NCBI GenBank assembly: GCA_938083505.1
Contig: CALKCF010000007.1
Location: 118,715-182,714 of the forward strand
DNA: 64,000 nucleotides
Source: an uncultured archaeon
GTDB lineage: Archaea; Thermoproteota; Nitrososphaeria_A; Caldarchaeales; Wolframiiraptoraceae
Direction: 5' to 3'
Position 1 is the stretch's first letter. Each line of letters starts with the position of its first letter. The notes under the pieces are model-generated. The model made no database searches, was not told the origin of the DNA, and saw nothing but the letters and a program-made list of their open reading frames with translations. Made by a program: the position numbers and the translations under genes. This document shows positions 9,849 through 21,279 of this stretch, in pieces.

Positions 9849-11039
9849 ATGTGTACGAAGAGAACGTCCAGTAAAGCTCATAAGATAACCCAAGAAGGTG
9901 CCTTTGCAGTTCTTGCAAAAGCAAAGGAGGTTGAAGCAAAGGGGAAGAATGTGATACATATGGAGATTGGCGAACCGGATTTTGACACACCAGAGAATAT
10001 AAAGAGGGCGGCCATCGATGCTCTGTTAAAGGGTGCAACACACTATACACCGACGCCTGGTATGCCAGAACTCAGAAAGGCTATTGCAGAGAAAGTCTCC
10101 GCCGATTTAGATGTTAACGTTGATTGGAAGAATGTGCTTGTAACCCTTGGATGTAAAGAGGCAATATTCGCATCCATAATGTCGGTCGTGGATAATGGTG
10201 ATGAAGTAATATATCCAAATCCAGGGTATCCTGCATACGAATCAATCACAGCATATGCAGGTGGAAAACCCGTGCCGTTAAGGTTGAACGAAAATAACGA
10301 ATTTAGAATGACGCCTGAAGAGGTTAATGAACTAATGACCGACAGAACAAAGGCAATAATTATTAATTCACCCCATAACCCATGCGGCTCAGTTCTGAGG
10401 AAAGAGGATGTAAAAGGTATTGTGGAGATTGCGGAAGATAGGAACGCATTTGTGATATCTGACGAAATATATTATCCTATCTTATTTGATGGGCTGAAGC
10501 ACTACTCACCGTTACCGTTTGCAAAAAAGGACAACGTAATATTAGTGGATGGTTTTTCTAAAAGGTACGCAATGACCGGTTGGAGGCTTGGGTATGCAGT
10601 AGTTCCCTCAGACCTCGTTGAGCCTATGACTAAACTATTGAATAACATGACCTCATGTCCTAGCCAATTCGTTCAGTATGCAGGTATAGAGGCGCTTAAG
10701 GGACCCCAAGATTCCGTAAAGCGAATGGTGAAGGCATACGAAGGACGGAGGAACGTGGTGATTGAAGAGTTAAAGAAGATAGATAACATCACATACCTAA
10801 GACCTCAGGGTGCGTTTTACGCGTTCGTTAACGTTCAAAGGATTTTATCACGCGTCGATATGAACTCCGAACAACTCGTCACTAGGTTGATCGAAGATTA
10901 TGGTGTGGCTGTCCTTCATGGCTCGTCCATGGGCTCATATGGTGAAGGTTTTATAAGGATTAGCTTTGCAAATTCTGTCGAAAACCTAATCGAAGGTATA
11001 TCTAGACTTGAAAGAGCGTTTAACGAGATGCTAAGATAG
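9849..11039 (+). CDS. PLP-dependent class I/II aminotransferase (aspartate aminotransferase-like)
   Basis: GEPDF, NSPHNPCG, SDEIY, FSKRYAMTGWRLG. Confidence 0.95.
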   Translation: MCTKRTSSKAHKITQEGAFAVLAKAKEVEAKGKNVIHMEIGEPDFDTPENIKRAAIDALLKGATHYTPTPGMPELRKAIAEKVSADLDVNVDWKNVLVTLGCKEAIFASIMSVVDNGDEVIYPNPGYPAYESITAYAGGKPVPLRLNENNEFRMTPEEVNELMTDRTKAIIINSPHNPCGSVLRKEDVKGIVEIAEDRNAFVISDEIYYPILFDGLKHYSPLPFAKKDNVILVDGFSKRYAMTGWRLGYAVVPSDLVEPMTKLLNNMTSCPSQFVQYAGIEALKGPQDSVKRMVKAYEGRRNVVIEELKKIDNITYLRPQGAFYAFVNVQRILSRVDMNSEQLVTRLIEDYGVAVLHGSSMGSYGEGFIRISFANSVENLIEGISRLERAFNEMLR

Positions 11040-11720
11040 TAGCCTAGCCTCAAATACTACGGCCGTCCAGCAAGGCCTCATGTACTTATCGTACACTATG
11101 CTGGCGTTCGGTAGTTTAGCTATGTAGGTCTCCAAATTTTTCAAAAGTTTGCTGAAAGTAACGATTATGTATCCCATGCATTTATAACTCATGCCTAACT
11201 GGACGAACGTCTTAGTCGTTATGTCTATGCCGACTATTGATATTGTCGGAATTATGAGTCTGCCACCCGGTCTCAGGTGTTCCTTCGCACCTTTTAAAAC
11301 AGTGTTCAAAACCATCCTACCATCTGGCCCTCCATATGTCTCGGGTTTCAATGGTTTTGGCGACGGAGTCATGGGTGGATTTGAAATTATTACGTCAAAG
11401 TATTCGTCTTCTACAGGCTCGTAAAGATTTCCTTGTCTAACATCGATATTATATGCGGCGTTCAGCTCTGCGTTAGCTTTTGCCATCGCTACAGCATCGG
11501 GTGAAATATCCGTAGCCACACAACTTCTAGCACCAAGCTTAGATGCTACTATCGCCAAAAAGCCGCTACCAGTGCCTAAGTCTAAAACATGCTCATCACC
11601 TTTTAAGGTGATACAGCTCGCAATCAACTTCGAGACGGCTAATGGTCGGTAAACCCTTTTGTCATCGTAAAGCTTAATCGTCAGGTTGCCGACCTTTACC
11701 GTCATTAGTCTCCTGTACAT
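11031..11720 (-). CDS. HemK/PrmC-like SAM-dependent methyltransferase
   Basis: LDLGTGSG, SNPPM, GGPDG. Confidence 0.85.
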   Translation of the reverse strand: MYRRLMTVKVGNLTIKLYDDKRVYRPLAVSKLIASCITLKGDEHVLDLGTGSGFLAIVASKLGARSCVATDISPDAVAMAKANAELNAAYNIDVRQGNLYEPVEDEYFDVIISNPPMTPSPKPLKPETYGGPDGRMVLNTVLKGAKEHLRPGGRLIIPTISIVGIDITTKTFVQLGMSYKCMGYIIVTFSKLLKNLETYIAKLPNASIVYDKYMRPCWTAVVFEARLLS

Positions 11721-11867
11721 GGCCGAGCTAACTATGGTTTGGTATCACGATTACCCTTCTATATGTTGTACGGATTTATAGTTAAGCTTTAAGGATGACT
11801 AAAAACACGGTAGAATATGAGAAGAGAAGACAGGCATATAAATAAGATGTACTTGAAGTTTTATACA

Positions 11868-11941
11868 GGGCCGGTAGCTCAGTCTGGAAGAGCACTCGGT
11901 TTGCACCCGAGAGGTCCGGGGTTCAAATCCCCGCCGGTCCA
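11868..11941 (+). tRNA. tRNA-Ala(TGC)
   Basis: GGGCCGG/CCGGTCC acceptor stem with G3:U70, anticodon arm CTCGG-TTTGCAC-CCGAG, GGTTCAAATCC T-arm, followed by oligo-T. Confidence 0.97.
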
Positions 11942-12067
11942 TTTTTTAAGTGAATCCTTTAACTGAATGAAGGTTAAAAGAACGGAAAGAGAAATCCCAT
12001 TACAAATAGATGTAGTGGGCGGATAGACATCTTCTTACATTGCAGAAAAATTCCGAATCCATTCCTC

Positions 12068-14089
12068 CTATGCTGCAAAACGTGAACTTTTTCTCTTAAT
12101 GTAGTGTGCAAGCATGGCCATCATTACGGCAGCCGAAAGCGCATCGTAAATAAGGTCGATATAGTTGTTTGAGTATTTAATTTCAATATCAACATCGTCT
12201 TTAACACTCTTCATTTCGAATAAGATAAAGTTAGGACCTACGACTCTCGATGATAACTTCTTGCCGTTAGCGTATGCTACCCATCTATTATCGTAGTTCG
12301 TCTTGAAGAGTAAACTGTATTCACCATCAAGGTTGTATGCCCTTATCTTTATCAGGTTGTCATTTTCTATGGTATATTGAAAAGTTACACTTTCATCACA
12401 GTTATCAACTAACTCCAAGTAAGACCGAAGGTCTTCGAGGTCGAAAAGGTTGTCTATGATGGGGATCTGACCCCCTGTTCTGACGAGTTGTAGGGGTTCA
12501 GGACAACTTAATGGAACCTCGTATATCCTGACGCCGTCAACTTCCTTCACCAACCTCAGAACTCCCTCAAACTTTTCGGGATAAAGATAATCTTTGTAAG
12601 GAAGCGAGGCCCAGGGCATGTCGACCACCACGTATCTTATGTTATAGGCTTTTAACCAAAGAAGGATTAACGAGGAGTTTCGATTTGTGTTGATAAAGTA
12701 ACTTAAATGCGACCAAAGCAGATTGAAACTTCCAGAAAGATCATACCCGCCCCTCAGTTGAGGGACATCGGTGAAAACGTTTATCCAGAACGCTATGGAA
12801 CCCGTTGCGTATACCCTCGGGCCGAACCTGTTATCGAATAGTACATCAAGCTCTTCAGCAACCCGTCTCTCAATAGAGTGCTCGAGGTCACCAGACCTCA
12901 AGACGGTCCAACAGTTTGTCAGACCATTTAAGAAGCTAACCAGCACTACTACCGAAAGTAGGATGGCTATTATGATCGTCGATCTTCTCTTCAACTTCAC
13001 GAATGTAGTCACCAGAGAAGAGCTTACTAATCCGCAAAGGAAGGCATCAAACTCAGACCCATATCTAACGGCTTGTGGGAGGAGCCCTATGCTAGCGAAC
13101 CTGTTTGATAAGGTCACCATAAGAAAAAACAACGTGAGCAATAAAGATGTTGCTATAAAGGGCTTATTTTTGGAATGAACATACTTTGAAGCCGCATAAG
13201 AAGCTGCAAGGATCACTATGACTGTAATGATGAGTGGAAGGGTCAGCGGAGCACCCTCCATCGTCATCTGAGCATATATTATAGCAGCCTGTATGTACTC
13301 TGGGTCGTATGCAAAGATTCCAAGACCTATGGCCAGCAAGTACGCTAAGATGAGCCTCTTAATAGCACCCCAACCCTCTAGCACGGCTATACCGATAATT
13401 ATCACCGCAAGTGAGACAGCCGCTATTAGGTTGGTTAGGTTGACAAAACATATCGCGAAGGGTAAAAAGATACCATAAATCTTCTTTCTTTTAACGGTAT
13501 AATGGTAGAATAAGGCGGACGTTAGGAGTGCCAGTGCTAAGCCGAGTATATGTGGTGTTTCACCGTAAAGAGCAGTAACAGTCACATAATCTGGGTAAGG
13601 CGGAAAATTCGGGAACTCGTATATCGTCCTATGGGCTGAAGGTAACGTTACATAGAATAAACTCGTTAGAAATGCAGCGACATGCGAGACGGATAATCTC
13701 CAGGCGAATACGTAAAGGGCTAGCGGTAGAAATATAAGTGAGAACGCGGCAACTCTTCTGTAAGCTTCCTCAACACCTACGTTAAGTACAAAGGAAAACG
13801 CGTTGATTATGTAGAGAAAGCCGGGAGAGTAGGACAGCTTGAAGGGATAGCCGCCGTACCATAGGGGTTGCCATCCTGTAATCGGAAAGTTATCGCGCAA
13901 AAACTTCGACTGTGTTATGTACGCCCCTTCTATGGACGCAAAGTTCCATGTATATTTTCCGAAGAACAATGGATGAGCTTGGAGTAAAGCAAGGATCACG
14001 ATCGAGATTATGAAGAGTATTGGAACGTATCGTTTCCAGTCAGACATGTTAAAATGTACTGAATGCTTGACCAAAAAGTTTTTGATCAA
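12068..14089 (-). CDS. Multi-TM GT-C/YfhO-like membrane glycosyltransferase
   Basis: W.P.WYGGYP...Y.P loop, many TM helices, C-terminal Y..RW.A..NG domain. Confidence 0.65.
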   Translation of the reverse strand: MIKNFLVKHSVHFNMSDWKRYVPILFIISIVILALLQAHPLFFGKYTWNFASIEGAYITQSKFLRDNFPITGWQPLWYGGYPFKLSYSPGFLYIINAFSFVLNVGVEEAYRRVAAFSLIFLPLALYVFAWRLSVSHVAAFLTSLFYVTLPSAHRTIYEFPNFPPYPDYVTVTALYGETPHILGLALALLTSALFYHYTVKRKKIYGIFLPFAICFVNLTNLIAAVSLAVIIIGIAVLEGWGAIKRLILAYLLAIGLGIFAYDPEYIQAAIIYAQMTMEGAPLTLPLIITVIVILAASYAASKYVHSKNKPFIATSLLLTLFFLMVTLSNRFASIGLLPQAVRYGSEFDAFLCGLVSSSLVTTFVKLKRRSTIIIAILLSVVVLVSFLNGLTNCWTVLRSGDLEHSIERRVAEELDVLFDNRFGPRVYATGSIAFWINVFTDVPQLRGGYDLSGSFNLLWSHLSYFINTNRNSSLILLWLKAYNIRYVVVDMPWASLPYKDYLYPEKFEGVLRLVKEVDGVRIYEVPLSCPEPLQLVRTGGQIPIIDNLFDLEDLRSYLELVDNCDESVTFQYTIENDNLIKIRAYNLDGEYSLLFKTNYDNRWVAYANGKKLSSRVVGPNFILFEMKSVKDDVDIEIKYSNNYIDLIYDALSAAVMMAMLAHYIKRKSSRFAA

Positions 14090-14097
14090 GAGAATGC

Positions 14098-14832
14098 TTA
14101 GCGGTACAAACTACGCAAAGAGCTTATGAGCGATGGCACGTCTTGCTTAAGCGATAGAACGAACGGTAGGGCTTCTTGCTCTGCTAGTATTATAGCTAAC
14201 TCGTCTACGTCCTCAGGTTTCTTAGGTCCGTGGATCACAATCATCCTGGGCTTTATCGGATATATCTTCACAGCGATTATTGGTGAGCGACCTCTACTGA
14301 CACCGACGAAGACCAACACCCTCATGGAATTCGTACCGAATAGTTTCAGAAAATCCGTCGCGTCCATGAACTTTATGGCATTCAGGCTGTCCACGACAGT
14401 ATATCCGTATACTGGCTGGTTCTGCCCTTCCTTGCCAGCCAGAATTATGCCCTCCACGGCTTCTACAACATCTTTTACGGACTTTGTCCCAGGAAACTCT
14501 GCTATGTCTAAGATTACGTTGCTGAGGTCTTTCGTCGTTGTCGTGAACTTCTTTATATGAACCCCGCCCTTTTTAGAATCTATCTCTATCAATGCGATGA
14601 CGAATTTTCTAAGGAAGATAGTTCCTGGTGATTTTCTTCTATTTTTTTCGTAGTCGTTTAAAACCGATGGCGCTATGCCCATATGCTTGGCCAGCTCGCT
14701 CTGGTTAAGCTCGAACAGAAGTCTCCATTTCTTCATCACTTCACCGGGAGTTTTAGAGAGTATGATCTCGCCAGCTATCCTATTCATTAGGGCCTCTTCT
14801 GACGCTCCATACGGGCCAGCTGGGCTATCCAT
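14098..14832 (-). CDS. XRE-type HTH transcriptional regulator (COG1709-like)
   Basis: IAGEI.LS..PG..MKKWR, QSELA..MG..PSV..DYE..RRKSPG, GRSP.IAVK. Confidence 0.85.
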   Translation of the reverse strand: MDSPAGPYGASEEALMNRIAGEIILSKTPGEVMKKWRLLFELNQSELAKHMGIAPSVLNDYEKNRRKSPGTIFLRKFVIALIEIDSKKGGVHIKKFTTTTKDLSNVILDIAEFPGTKSVKDVVEAVEGIILAGKEGQNQPVYGYTVVDSLNAIKFMDATDFLKLFGTNSMRVLVFVGVSRGRSPIIAVKIYPIKPRMIVIHGPKKPEDVDELAIILAEQEALPFVLSLKQDVPSLISSLRSLYR

Positions 14833-14899
14833 TGTCCTGCTATTATGGGTTTTGACCTAAATATATTAATATTCTAGTGCTGAAGTTAACGCAATTAGG

Positions 14900-15637
14900 A
14901 TGCAAAAGAAGAAAAGTGCACATATGAATAGGGTTAAACCACCCGTCGCGATAGAAGTCTCGGATATTTTAAACCTAGCTAGGCTGGCCATGAGTAGGGT
15001 CGACGTCCAACCATTATTTTGGTACTTCAAGTGGAAAAACCGGCCGATACTTGGTTACCTTTCGTCCATACCGTATTGGTACGGAAATCTACCGATATTT
15101 GCGTATACAAAATTCGACGGTGAATTGAAAAGTTACATAGCATATATGAGTGTCGAGAAAGAGGAGGTTTTGCTGACCAATAGTAATGACGACAATCGAT
15201 ACATTTACGGTGCGATTATTGAAACAGAGGACAAGCCTCCGTTTATAACAGAGGCGCTTTCCGGACGTAACATGTTGAAAGAGAAACCAATACTCATAAA
15301 GGCGGGAAACATAAACTCTTTAATCAGGATGCTGATCATACTGTCGGACACGAATTCTTCACCGCCTCTATGGTACTTTGAATTCAAGGGCAAGCACGTG
15401 ATAGGTCTTATGGCTCCGTTCTTTGACTATTATGACGCTAACGCCCTACCGGTTTTCTTCTACGTAGAAAGTGACGCAAAGCCTCCTGCATCATTCATAA
15501 GGTACATCTCGCTCAAAAGCGGAGAAGAAATATCTTACGTACCATGCATAAGCGATATGAAGTACTTCTACGGCAGGATAGTGAACGTTAAGTCTATGCC
15601 ATTCTTTACCAGCCTGGGTTTAGGACACCGTAAGTAA
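14900..15637 (+). CDS. Hypothetical protein made of two tandem copies of a conserved cren/thaumarchaeal domain
   Basis: Two alignable ~115-aa halves. Confidence 0.7.
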   Translation: MQKKKSAHMNRVKPPVAIEVSDILNLARLAMSRVDVQPLFWYFKWKNRPILGYLSSIPYWYGNLPIFAYTKFDGELKSYIAYMSVEKEEVLLTNSNDDNRYIYGAIIETEDKPPFITEALSGRNMLKEKPILIKAGNINSLIRMLIILSDTNSSPPLWYFEFKGKHVIGLMAPFFDYYDANALPVFFYVESDAKPPASFIRYISLKSGEEISYVPCISDMKYFYGRIVNVKSMPFFTSLGLGHRK

Positions 15638-15839
15638 TTTTATTAATCCTCTTGAATTCTGCTTGTTTCGAATGTTGTAGAAGTTTTTAGGCATTAACTA
15701 CAAGATTTTCTTTTTTAAAGATAAAGTTTAAAGATAAAGCTCGGACAAAACCTGATAAATGTTGGAATTTTAGCCCAATACGGCGTTAAAATTTATTAGA
15801 TGGTTAAGTTAGCCGTTGTTTCTGGAGTGTGAGTATTGT

Positions 15840-17501
15840 ATGGCCTCAGCTGAAGTAGGTGTAGCACAACCAGTTATAATTCTAAAAGAAGGGACACAAA
15901 GGTCTAGGGGTAGGGATGCACAATCCTCAAACATCATGGTTGCAAAAATTATAGCGGAGAGTATGAGGTCGTCGCTTGGACCAAGAGGAATGGATAAGAT
16001 GTTAGTTGACAGTTTTGGAGACGTTGTTATAACGAACGACGGTGCCACAATACTCAAGGAGATGGATGTTGAACACCCTGTGGCTAAAATGCTCGTCGAG
16101 GTAGCTAAGGCACAGGACTCTGAGGTTGGTGACGGGACAACTACGGCCGTTGTCTTGGCAGGAGAGCTCCTTGCCAAAGCTGAAGAATTGATCGAGAAAG
16201 AGGTACATCCAACTGTAATAATCGAGGGGTACCGTAAAGCGGCCATAAAGTCCCTTGAAGTACTCGATGAGATAAGCTACCCGGTAAGTCCAGACGATAG
16301 GGAGACACTAATTAAGGTCGCTAAGACCTCGATAGCAAGCAAGCTCGTATCCGAGGAGGCAGACTACCTATCGAACTTAGCAGTAGATGCTGTGCTGAAG
16401 GTTGCCGAGAAAGTTGACGGAAAATGGCATGTCGACTTAGATGACATACTACTCGTTAAGAAGAGCGGCCAATCATTACGCGACACGAAGCTCGTCGAAG
16501 GCATCGTTTTAGATAAAGAAGTAGTTCATCCAGATATGCCGAAAATCGTCAGGAACGCAAAGATAGCAATACTCGACGCACCCCTGGAAATTGAGAAGAC
16601 AGAATTCGACGCAAAGCTCCACATTGAAACTCCGGAACAGATGAGGGCTTTCATGAAGCAAGAAGAGGATATGCTGAGGGAGATGGTTAACAAGATTATA
16701 TCGGTCGGCGCAAATGTCGTCATCTGTCAAAAGGGTATTGATGACCTAGCGCAGTACTTCCTCGCAAAGGCAGGTATCTTAGCGGTGCGCAGGGTTAAGA
16801 AGTCCGACATGGACAAACTCGCTAAGGCCACAAACGGTAGAGTTATCTCGAGAATCGACGACTTAACACCTGAAGATTTAGGAAAGGCAGTCCTTGTTGA
16901 AGAAAGACGCGTAGGTGAAGATAAGATGGTCTTCATTGAAGGATGTGAGAACCCGAAAGCTATAAGCATACTTATTAGGGGAGGCACACAGAGGATAGTT
17001 GACGAGGCTGAGCGCTCACTAAAGGATGCGATAAACGTTGTCAAAGATGTTATAGTTGAGGGTAAGGTGGTAGCTGGCGGTGGTGCTCCTGAAGTAGAGC
17101 TGGCTATGAAGCTCCGCGATTATGCAAATACCTTAGCTGGCAAGGAGCAACTAGCCGTGAACAAGTTTGCCGAGGCGTTAGAGATAGTGCCGTCACAACT
17201 CGCCGAGAATGCGGGCATGGACCCGATAGAGACAATAGTTAACCTAACGAGTGAACACAAGAAGGGCATTAAGTGGGCAGGTGTTGACGTGTTTAACGCT
17301 AAGATAGCGGACATGTTTAAGCAAAACGTCATAGAGCCGTTGCTAGTGAAGAAGCAGACGATAAAGTCAGCAGTCGAGGCTGCTTCGATGATTCTTAAGA
17401 TAGACGATATAATTGCTGCATCGAGATTAGAAGAAAAGACTCCAAAGACTGGAAAGGAAGAAGGAAAAGTTGGAGAAGGAGAAGAAGGATCTTTCGAGTG
17501 A
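15840..17501 (+). CDS. ths: Thermosome subunit (group II chaperonin)
   Basis: [24 protein letters not shown]. Confidence 0.98.
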   Translation: MASAEVGVAQPVIILKEGTQRSRGRDAQSSNIMVAKIIAESMRSSLGPRGMDKMLVDSFGDVVITNDGATILKEMDVEHPVAKMLVEVAKAQDSEVGDGTTTAVVLAGELLAKAEELIEKEVHPTVIIEGYRKAAIKSLEVLDEISYPVSPDDRETLIKVAKTSIASKLVSEEADYLSNLAVDAVLKVAEKVDGKWHVDLDDILLVKKSGQSLRDTKLVEGIVLDKEVVHPDMPKIVRNAKIAILDAPLEIEKTEFDAKLHIETPEQMRAFMKQEEDMLREMVNKIISVGANVVICQKGIDDLAQYFLAKAGILAVRRVKKSDMDKLAKATNGRVISRIDDLTPEDLGKAVLVEERRVGEDKMVFIEGCENPKAISILIRGGTQRIVDEAERSLKDAINVVKDVIVEGKVVAGGGAPEVELAMKLRDYANTLAGKEQLAVNKFAEALEIVPSQLAENAGMDPIETIVNLTSEHKKGIKWAGVDVFNAKIADMFKQNVIEPLLVKKQTIKSAVEAASMILKIDDIIAASRLEEKTPKTGKEEGKVGEGEEGSFE

Positions 17502-17733
17502 ATATAAAGGACTAACAAAGTATGAGAAAACAAGGATAATCGGTGGAAGGGCACTTCAACTTTCGCTCGGTGCCTTCCCACTTGTTGAGACGAAGCCTGG
17601 TGATACCGTAATAGACATCGCCAAACGAGAACTTGAAGCGGGCGTCTTGCCGATCATAATCAGACGGAAAAGGCCTGACGGCTCTTACGTTGATATTCAT
17701 CTCCAAGAGCTTCTTGAAGAACAAACTGTTTAA
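17470..17733 (+). CDS. rpoK: RNA polymerase subunit K (Rpo6)
   Basis: [30 protein letters not shown]. Confidence 0.95.
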   Translation: MEKEKKDLSSEYKGLTKYEKTRIIGGRALQLSLGAFPLVETKPGDTVIDIAKRELEAGVLPIIIRRKRPDGSYVDIHLQELLEEQTV

Positions 17734-17857
17734 TTTTTTTATTTTTAAAATTATTAGTACATATTACTCGAATGTTTTTAACATCAACCCTTATAAGAAA
17801 ACAAATAGCTTCTCCCTATCATTATACGCATAACATCTAACGGGTGACGTCGAAAGT

Positions 17858-18955
17858 ATGTACAGGGCGGGAATAAGAGAGCTTGAAGCATCCTACAAAA
17901 AGCTCTCGTCTTGGTATTACAAAATCGCAAGGTCAAACACCTTGAGCATTACAAGGGCTTTTATAGATAATCATAGCCCATCTAAGTTTGTGCGGATTTT
18001 GGCCAGCCCTTTATGTTTTGATCTTTTAACAGTCGCTACTGGGTTGGATGAGCTAGATAGTGGATCTACCACGATCCTTGGTGCTATACTAAAAGACGTA
18101 CTCACTCCTGCTGATGGTGTAGTTATACTGGGTGGGAAGAATCTTGCTAGATTCGACGTTTCTAGCGAGCTCGATACTATCGCCGTCGAGCTTGGCCTTA
18201 CGAGTGTAGATGTTGAATACCTGAAGTACTGTAGCCGAATGGTGGCAAAGGTGGATGAAGCAGCCATACAAGATGGTTTTCACTTATACCATCACATGAT
18301 GGCAGTATCTTATGATGGTTTTTGGGCCGTCATTCAACAGGGAATTAACCCAATAACTTGCAAGGCCAGAAGGTACCACTGGTTTTCCGGCAAACTCAAA
18401 AGCTTTGTGGAAGAGCCACATGAGGGCATAGTCAGCCAAGAAAAGTCGAAGCTTGTGCTAGATATGACCGCGAAAGAGAGCGAGGAAGCAAGGCGCGCAT
18501 CAATCGAGCTCATAGTGTACGATTTCAAAAAATTAAAGCATGTATACAATGCCGCCCAAAAAAGGACGCAAACAAACCTTTCCTTATGGTTTGATTCGCC
18601 CAAGGTCGAGACCTTCGTTGAATTACCGCTCAGGATAAACTGGAAGCTGCTCAAAAGCATCAGCTCAAATCCACCCTCAAACTATGAGGGTCTATTGGCA
18701 ATAAGAGGTATAGGACCGGAAACCGTAAGGTTCCTCGCATTCGGATGCAGATGGTTGTACGGCATACTACCGAGCATGAACGACCCTGCCGTAATCTTGG
18801 ACGAGTGCGCCACTTACGTTCCGAGCAAAGAAGAGGAGAAGATAGTTTTTGATATGATTTTAGCAATAGAATCATCTAACATTCTTGCCGATTTGAAAAA
18901 TCGAATACTCCATAAAGTAAATGTATGGTTGATTCAAAGGGGACTCAATACCTAA
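17858..18955 (+). CDS. DUF763 family protein (divergent)
   Basis: SR.VAKVD..A.QDG..LY.H, WAVIQQG.N....ARRYHW, C-terminal HhH. Confidence 0.85.
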   Translation: MYRAGIRELEASYKKLSSWYYKIARSNTLSITRAFIDNHSPSKFVRILASPLCFDLLTVATGLDELDSGSTTILGAILKDVLTPADGVVILGGKNLARFDVSSELDTIAVELGLTSVDVEYLKYCSRMVAKVDEAAIQDGFHLYHHMMAVSYDGFWAVIQQGINPITCKARRYHWFSGKLKSFVEEPHEGIVSQEKSKLVLDMTAKESEEARRASIELIVYDFKKLKHVYNAAQKRTQTNLSLWFDSPKVETFVELPLRINWKLLKSISSNPPSNYEGLLAIRGIGPETVRFLAFGCRWLYGILPSMNDPAVILDECATYVPSKEEEKIVFDMILAIESSNILADLKNRILHKVNVWLIQRGLNT

Positions 18956-20036
18956 CCTTGCTTATGCCCCCTATGAATTCTTCGACCATATTCCTCGCGA
19001 CTTCGTCTGGGTAATGGACTGGTGGTGACTTCATGAAGTATGCTGACGGACCTATTAATACACCAGATATGCCCCTATCCATTGCTATCTTTACGCAACG
19101 TATTGCGTCTATGGCAACACCGGCTGAGTTAGGCGAGTCCCATACCTCAAGCTTCAGCTCTATGTTAAGGGGCGCATTACCGAAAGCTTTTCCCTCTATT
19201 CTGATGTAGGCCCACTTCCTATCTAAAAGCCACGGGACGTAATCGCTAGGTCCGATATGAACATTCTGCTCGCCTATGTCGTAAGGTATGAGCGACGTGA
19301 CGGCTTGTGTTTTGGAGATCTTCTTGGAAGTTAGCCTCTCCCTCTCAAGCATGTTTAAGAAATCTGTGTTCCCGCCTACATTCAGTTGCATTATCCTCTC
19401 GACCTTCACGCCCCTGTCAACGAGTAGCTTCACGAGAACTCTGTTTACAATAGTAGCGCCAACCTGAGATTTAATATCGTCACCAATAATAGGTACGCCC
19501 CTCTTCTCGAATATCTTCTGCCAACGTGGTTCTCTAGCTATGAAAACCGGTATGCCGTTGACAAAACCACAGCCTGCCGCAAGCACCTGTTCGACGTACC
19601 ACTTGGTAGCGAACTCGCTTCCTACCGGTAGGAAGTTTATTACAACGTCGACCTTGTTGCTTTTCAGAACATCAGCAACGTCAACCGTAGGTGATGGGTG
19701 CTTTTCGATTATCTCAGATAGATACTTCCCTAAACCATCATGCGTCATGCCCCTCAGCACCTCAACACCAAGCCTCGGAACTTCTGTGAACTTTAGGGTA
19801 TTATTCGGCGGCGTGAATATCGCCTCAGAGAGGTCCTTCCCTACTTTGTTCTTGTCTATATCAAAGGCCGCCGCAAACTCTATGTCGGAAACATGATAAT
19901 TTCCAAGCCTTACGTGCATAAGACCGGGTACGAACTCATCATCGTCCGCGTTTTTATAGAACTCGACACCTTGTACAAGCGCTGATGCGCAATTACCTAC
20001 GCCAATTATGCCTACTCTAATCTTGCCCATACCCAC
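18945..20036 (-). CDS. ino1: myo-inositol-1-phosphate synthase
   Basis: [34 protein letters not shown]. Confidence 0.97.
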   Translation of the reverse strand: MGMGKIRVGIIGVGNCASALVQGVEFYKNADDDEFVPGLMHVRLGNYHVSDIEFAAAFDIDKNKVGKDLSEAIFTPPNNTLKFTEVPRLGVEVLRGMTHDGLGKYLSEIIEKHPSPTVDVADVLKSNKVDVVINFLPVGSEFATKWYVEQVLAAGCGFVNGIPVFIAREPRWQKIFEKRGVPIIGDDIKSQVGATIVNRVLVKLLVDRGVKVERIMQLNVGGNTDFLNMLERERLTSKKISKTQAVTSLIPYDIGEQNVHIGPSDYVPWLLDRKWAYIRIEGKAFGNAPLNIELKLEVWDSPNSAGVAIDAIRCVKIAMDRGISGVLIGPSAYFMKSPPVHYPDEVARNMVEEFIGGISKVRY

Positions 20037-20069
20037 TTCCTAGTATTTTAGGATCATAAACTACTATTA

Positions 20070-20402
20070 TTAATCTTTTCTCTCACCAAAAAGTTGAAAC
20101 TGGAGGTTATCTAGGAATTCTTTAGCTTTCTCGAGAAGCTCCTCGCCCTTACTCGTTATCCTGTAATACCTCCTAGGTGGTCCTGATTCGCTCGGAACGG
20201 TTTTGGATACCGCTATGAGTCCCTCTTTTTGTAGCGTGTAAATCACAACGTAGCACGTAACCTTCCCTGGCTTAAACCCAAATCTCTTCTCTATCATCCT
20301 CTCGACCTCATAGCCGTAAAGAGGCCCTTCCTTCAGCAGGCTGAGTACGTAAAGCCAAAGGTTCTCCTTCGTCAGCTTTCGAACGAGACGCCGGAATGCC
20401 AT
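20070..20402 (-). CDS. PadR family regulator
   Basis: LL..GP.YGYE, PRRYY.IT.KG. Confidence 0.9.
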   Translation of the reverse strand: MAFRRLVRKLTKENLWLYVLSLLKEGPLYGYEVERMIEKRFGFKPGKVTCYVVIYTLQKEGLIAVSKTVPSESGPPRRYYRITSKGEELLEKAKEFLDNLQFQLFGERKD

Positions 20403-20496
20403 GGTTAAGCCGTATGATGTGATAACCCTTCAGATAAGAACGTTTTGTCGAACATGTTAATATCAAACCATCGTCTCGCTTAGTTATGATGCAACT

Positions 20497-21279
20497 TTGT
20501 TAGATATCAGCAATTTGAAGGCTGTAATTCTAGACCTAGACGGTTGTGTGTACATAGGTGAAAGACCGGTTGAGGGCGCGGCTAACACAATCGAGGAGCT
20601 GAGACGTATGGGCTACCGTATACTCTTTCTGACCAATAATTCGACGCTATCAACAGCAGGTTACATTAACAAACTTAACAGGATGGGCATACGAATCAAA
20701 GATGAGGAAATACTAACCTCAGGTGTGGCAACCGCGAAGTACATCTACGAAGTTTATGGCCCTTCTAGGATACTCGCTGTGACGGAGAAAGGCTTTATCG
20801 AAGAGGCGAGACGAATGAATCATATCGTGGTGCCTTTTGAGAACTTTCAAGAAGCAGATATAGTCGTTGCTGGATTGGATCGTGAATTCAATTACCAAAA
20901 GTTAAGGGCGGCTGCTAAAACGATAATGTCCGGTGCGAAGTTTATTGCTACGAACGAGGATAGAACGCTTCCGACGGAAACGGGTTTAGACCCCGGTGCG
21001 GGCTCAATCGTGGCAGCAATCAAAGTCGCAACTGGTGTCGAGCCAATAGTTATAGGAAAACCCTCCAAAATTATAGTAAACATGGCGCTCGAAATGCTAA
21101 ACGTTAAGAACTATGAGGCGATACTTGTCGGCGATAAAATGGAAACAGACATCAAAGCAGCAGCATCCACAGGCATGCTTAGCGTCCTTATCTCAAACTT
21201 AGAGCCCGTTGGAGATCCAAGACCAGACTTTGTGATCAGCAGCATAACTTTATTACCAAGGCTCCTATCACGAAGATAG
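20497..21279 (+). CDS. HAD-IIA (NagD-like) phosphatase
   Basis: DLDG, LTNN, GKP, GDKMETD. Confidence 0.92.
   Translation: MLDISNLKAVILDLDGCVYIGERPVEGAANTIEELRRMGYRILFLTNNSTLSTAGYINKLNRMGIRIKDEEILTSGVATAKYIYEVYGPSRILAVTEKGFIEEARRMNHIVVPFENFQEADIVVAGLDREFNYQKLRAAAKTIMSGAKFIATNEDRTLPTETGLDPGAGSIVAAIKVATGVEPIVIGKPSKIIVNMALEMLNVKNYEAILVGDKMETDIKAAASTGMLSVLISNLEPVGDPRPDFVISSITLLPRLLSRR

Noticed and set aside
11868-11941. This tRNA-Ala as the integration target
   Set aside because: Only 12/15 match to the core, opposite orientation, and 34 kb away
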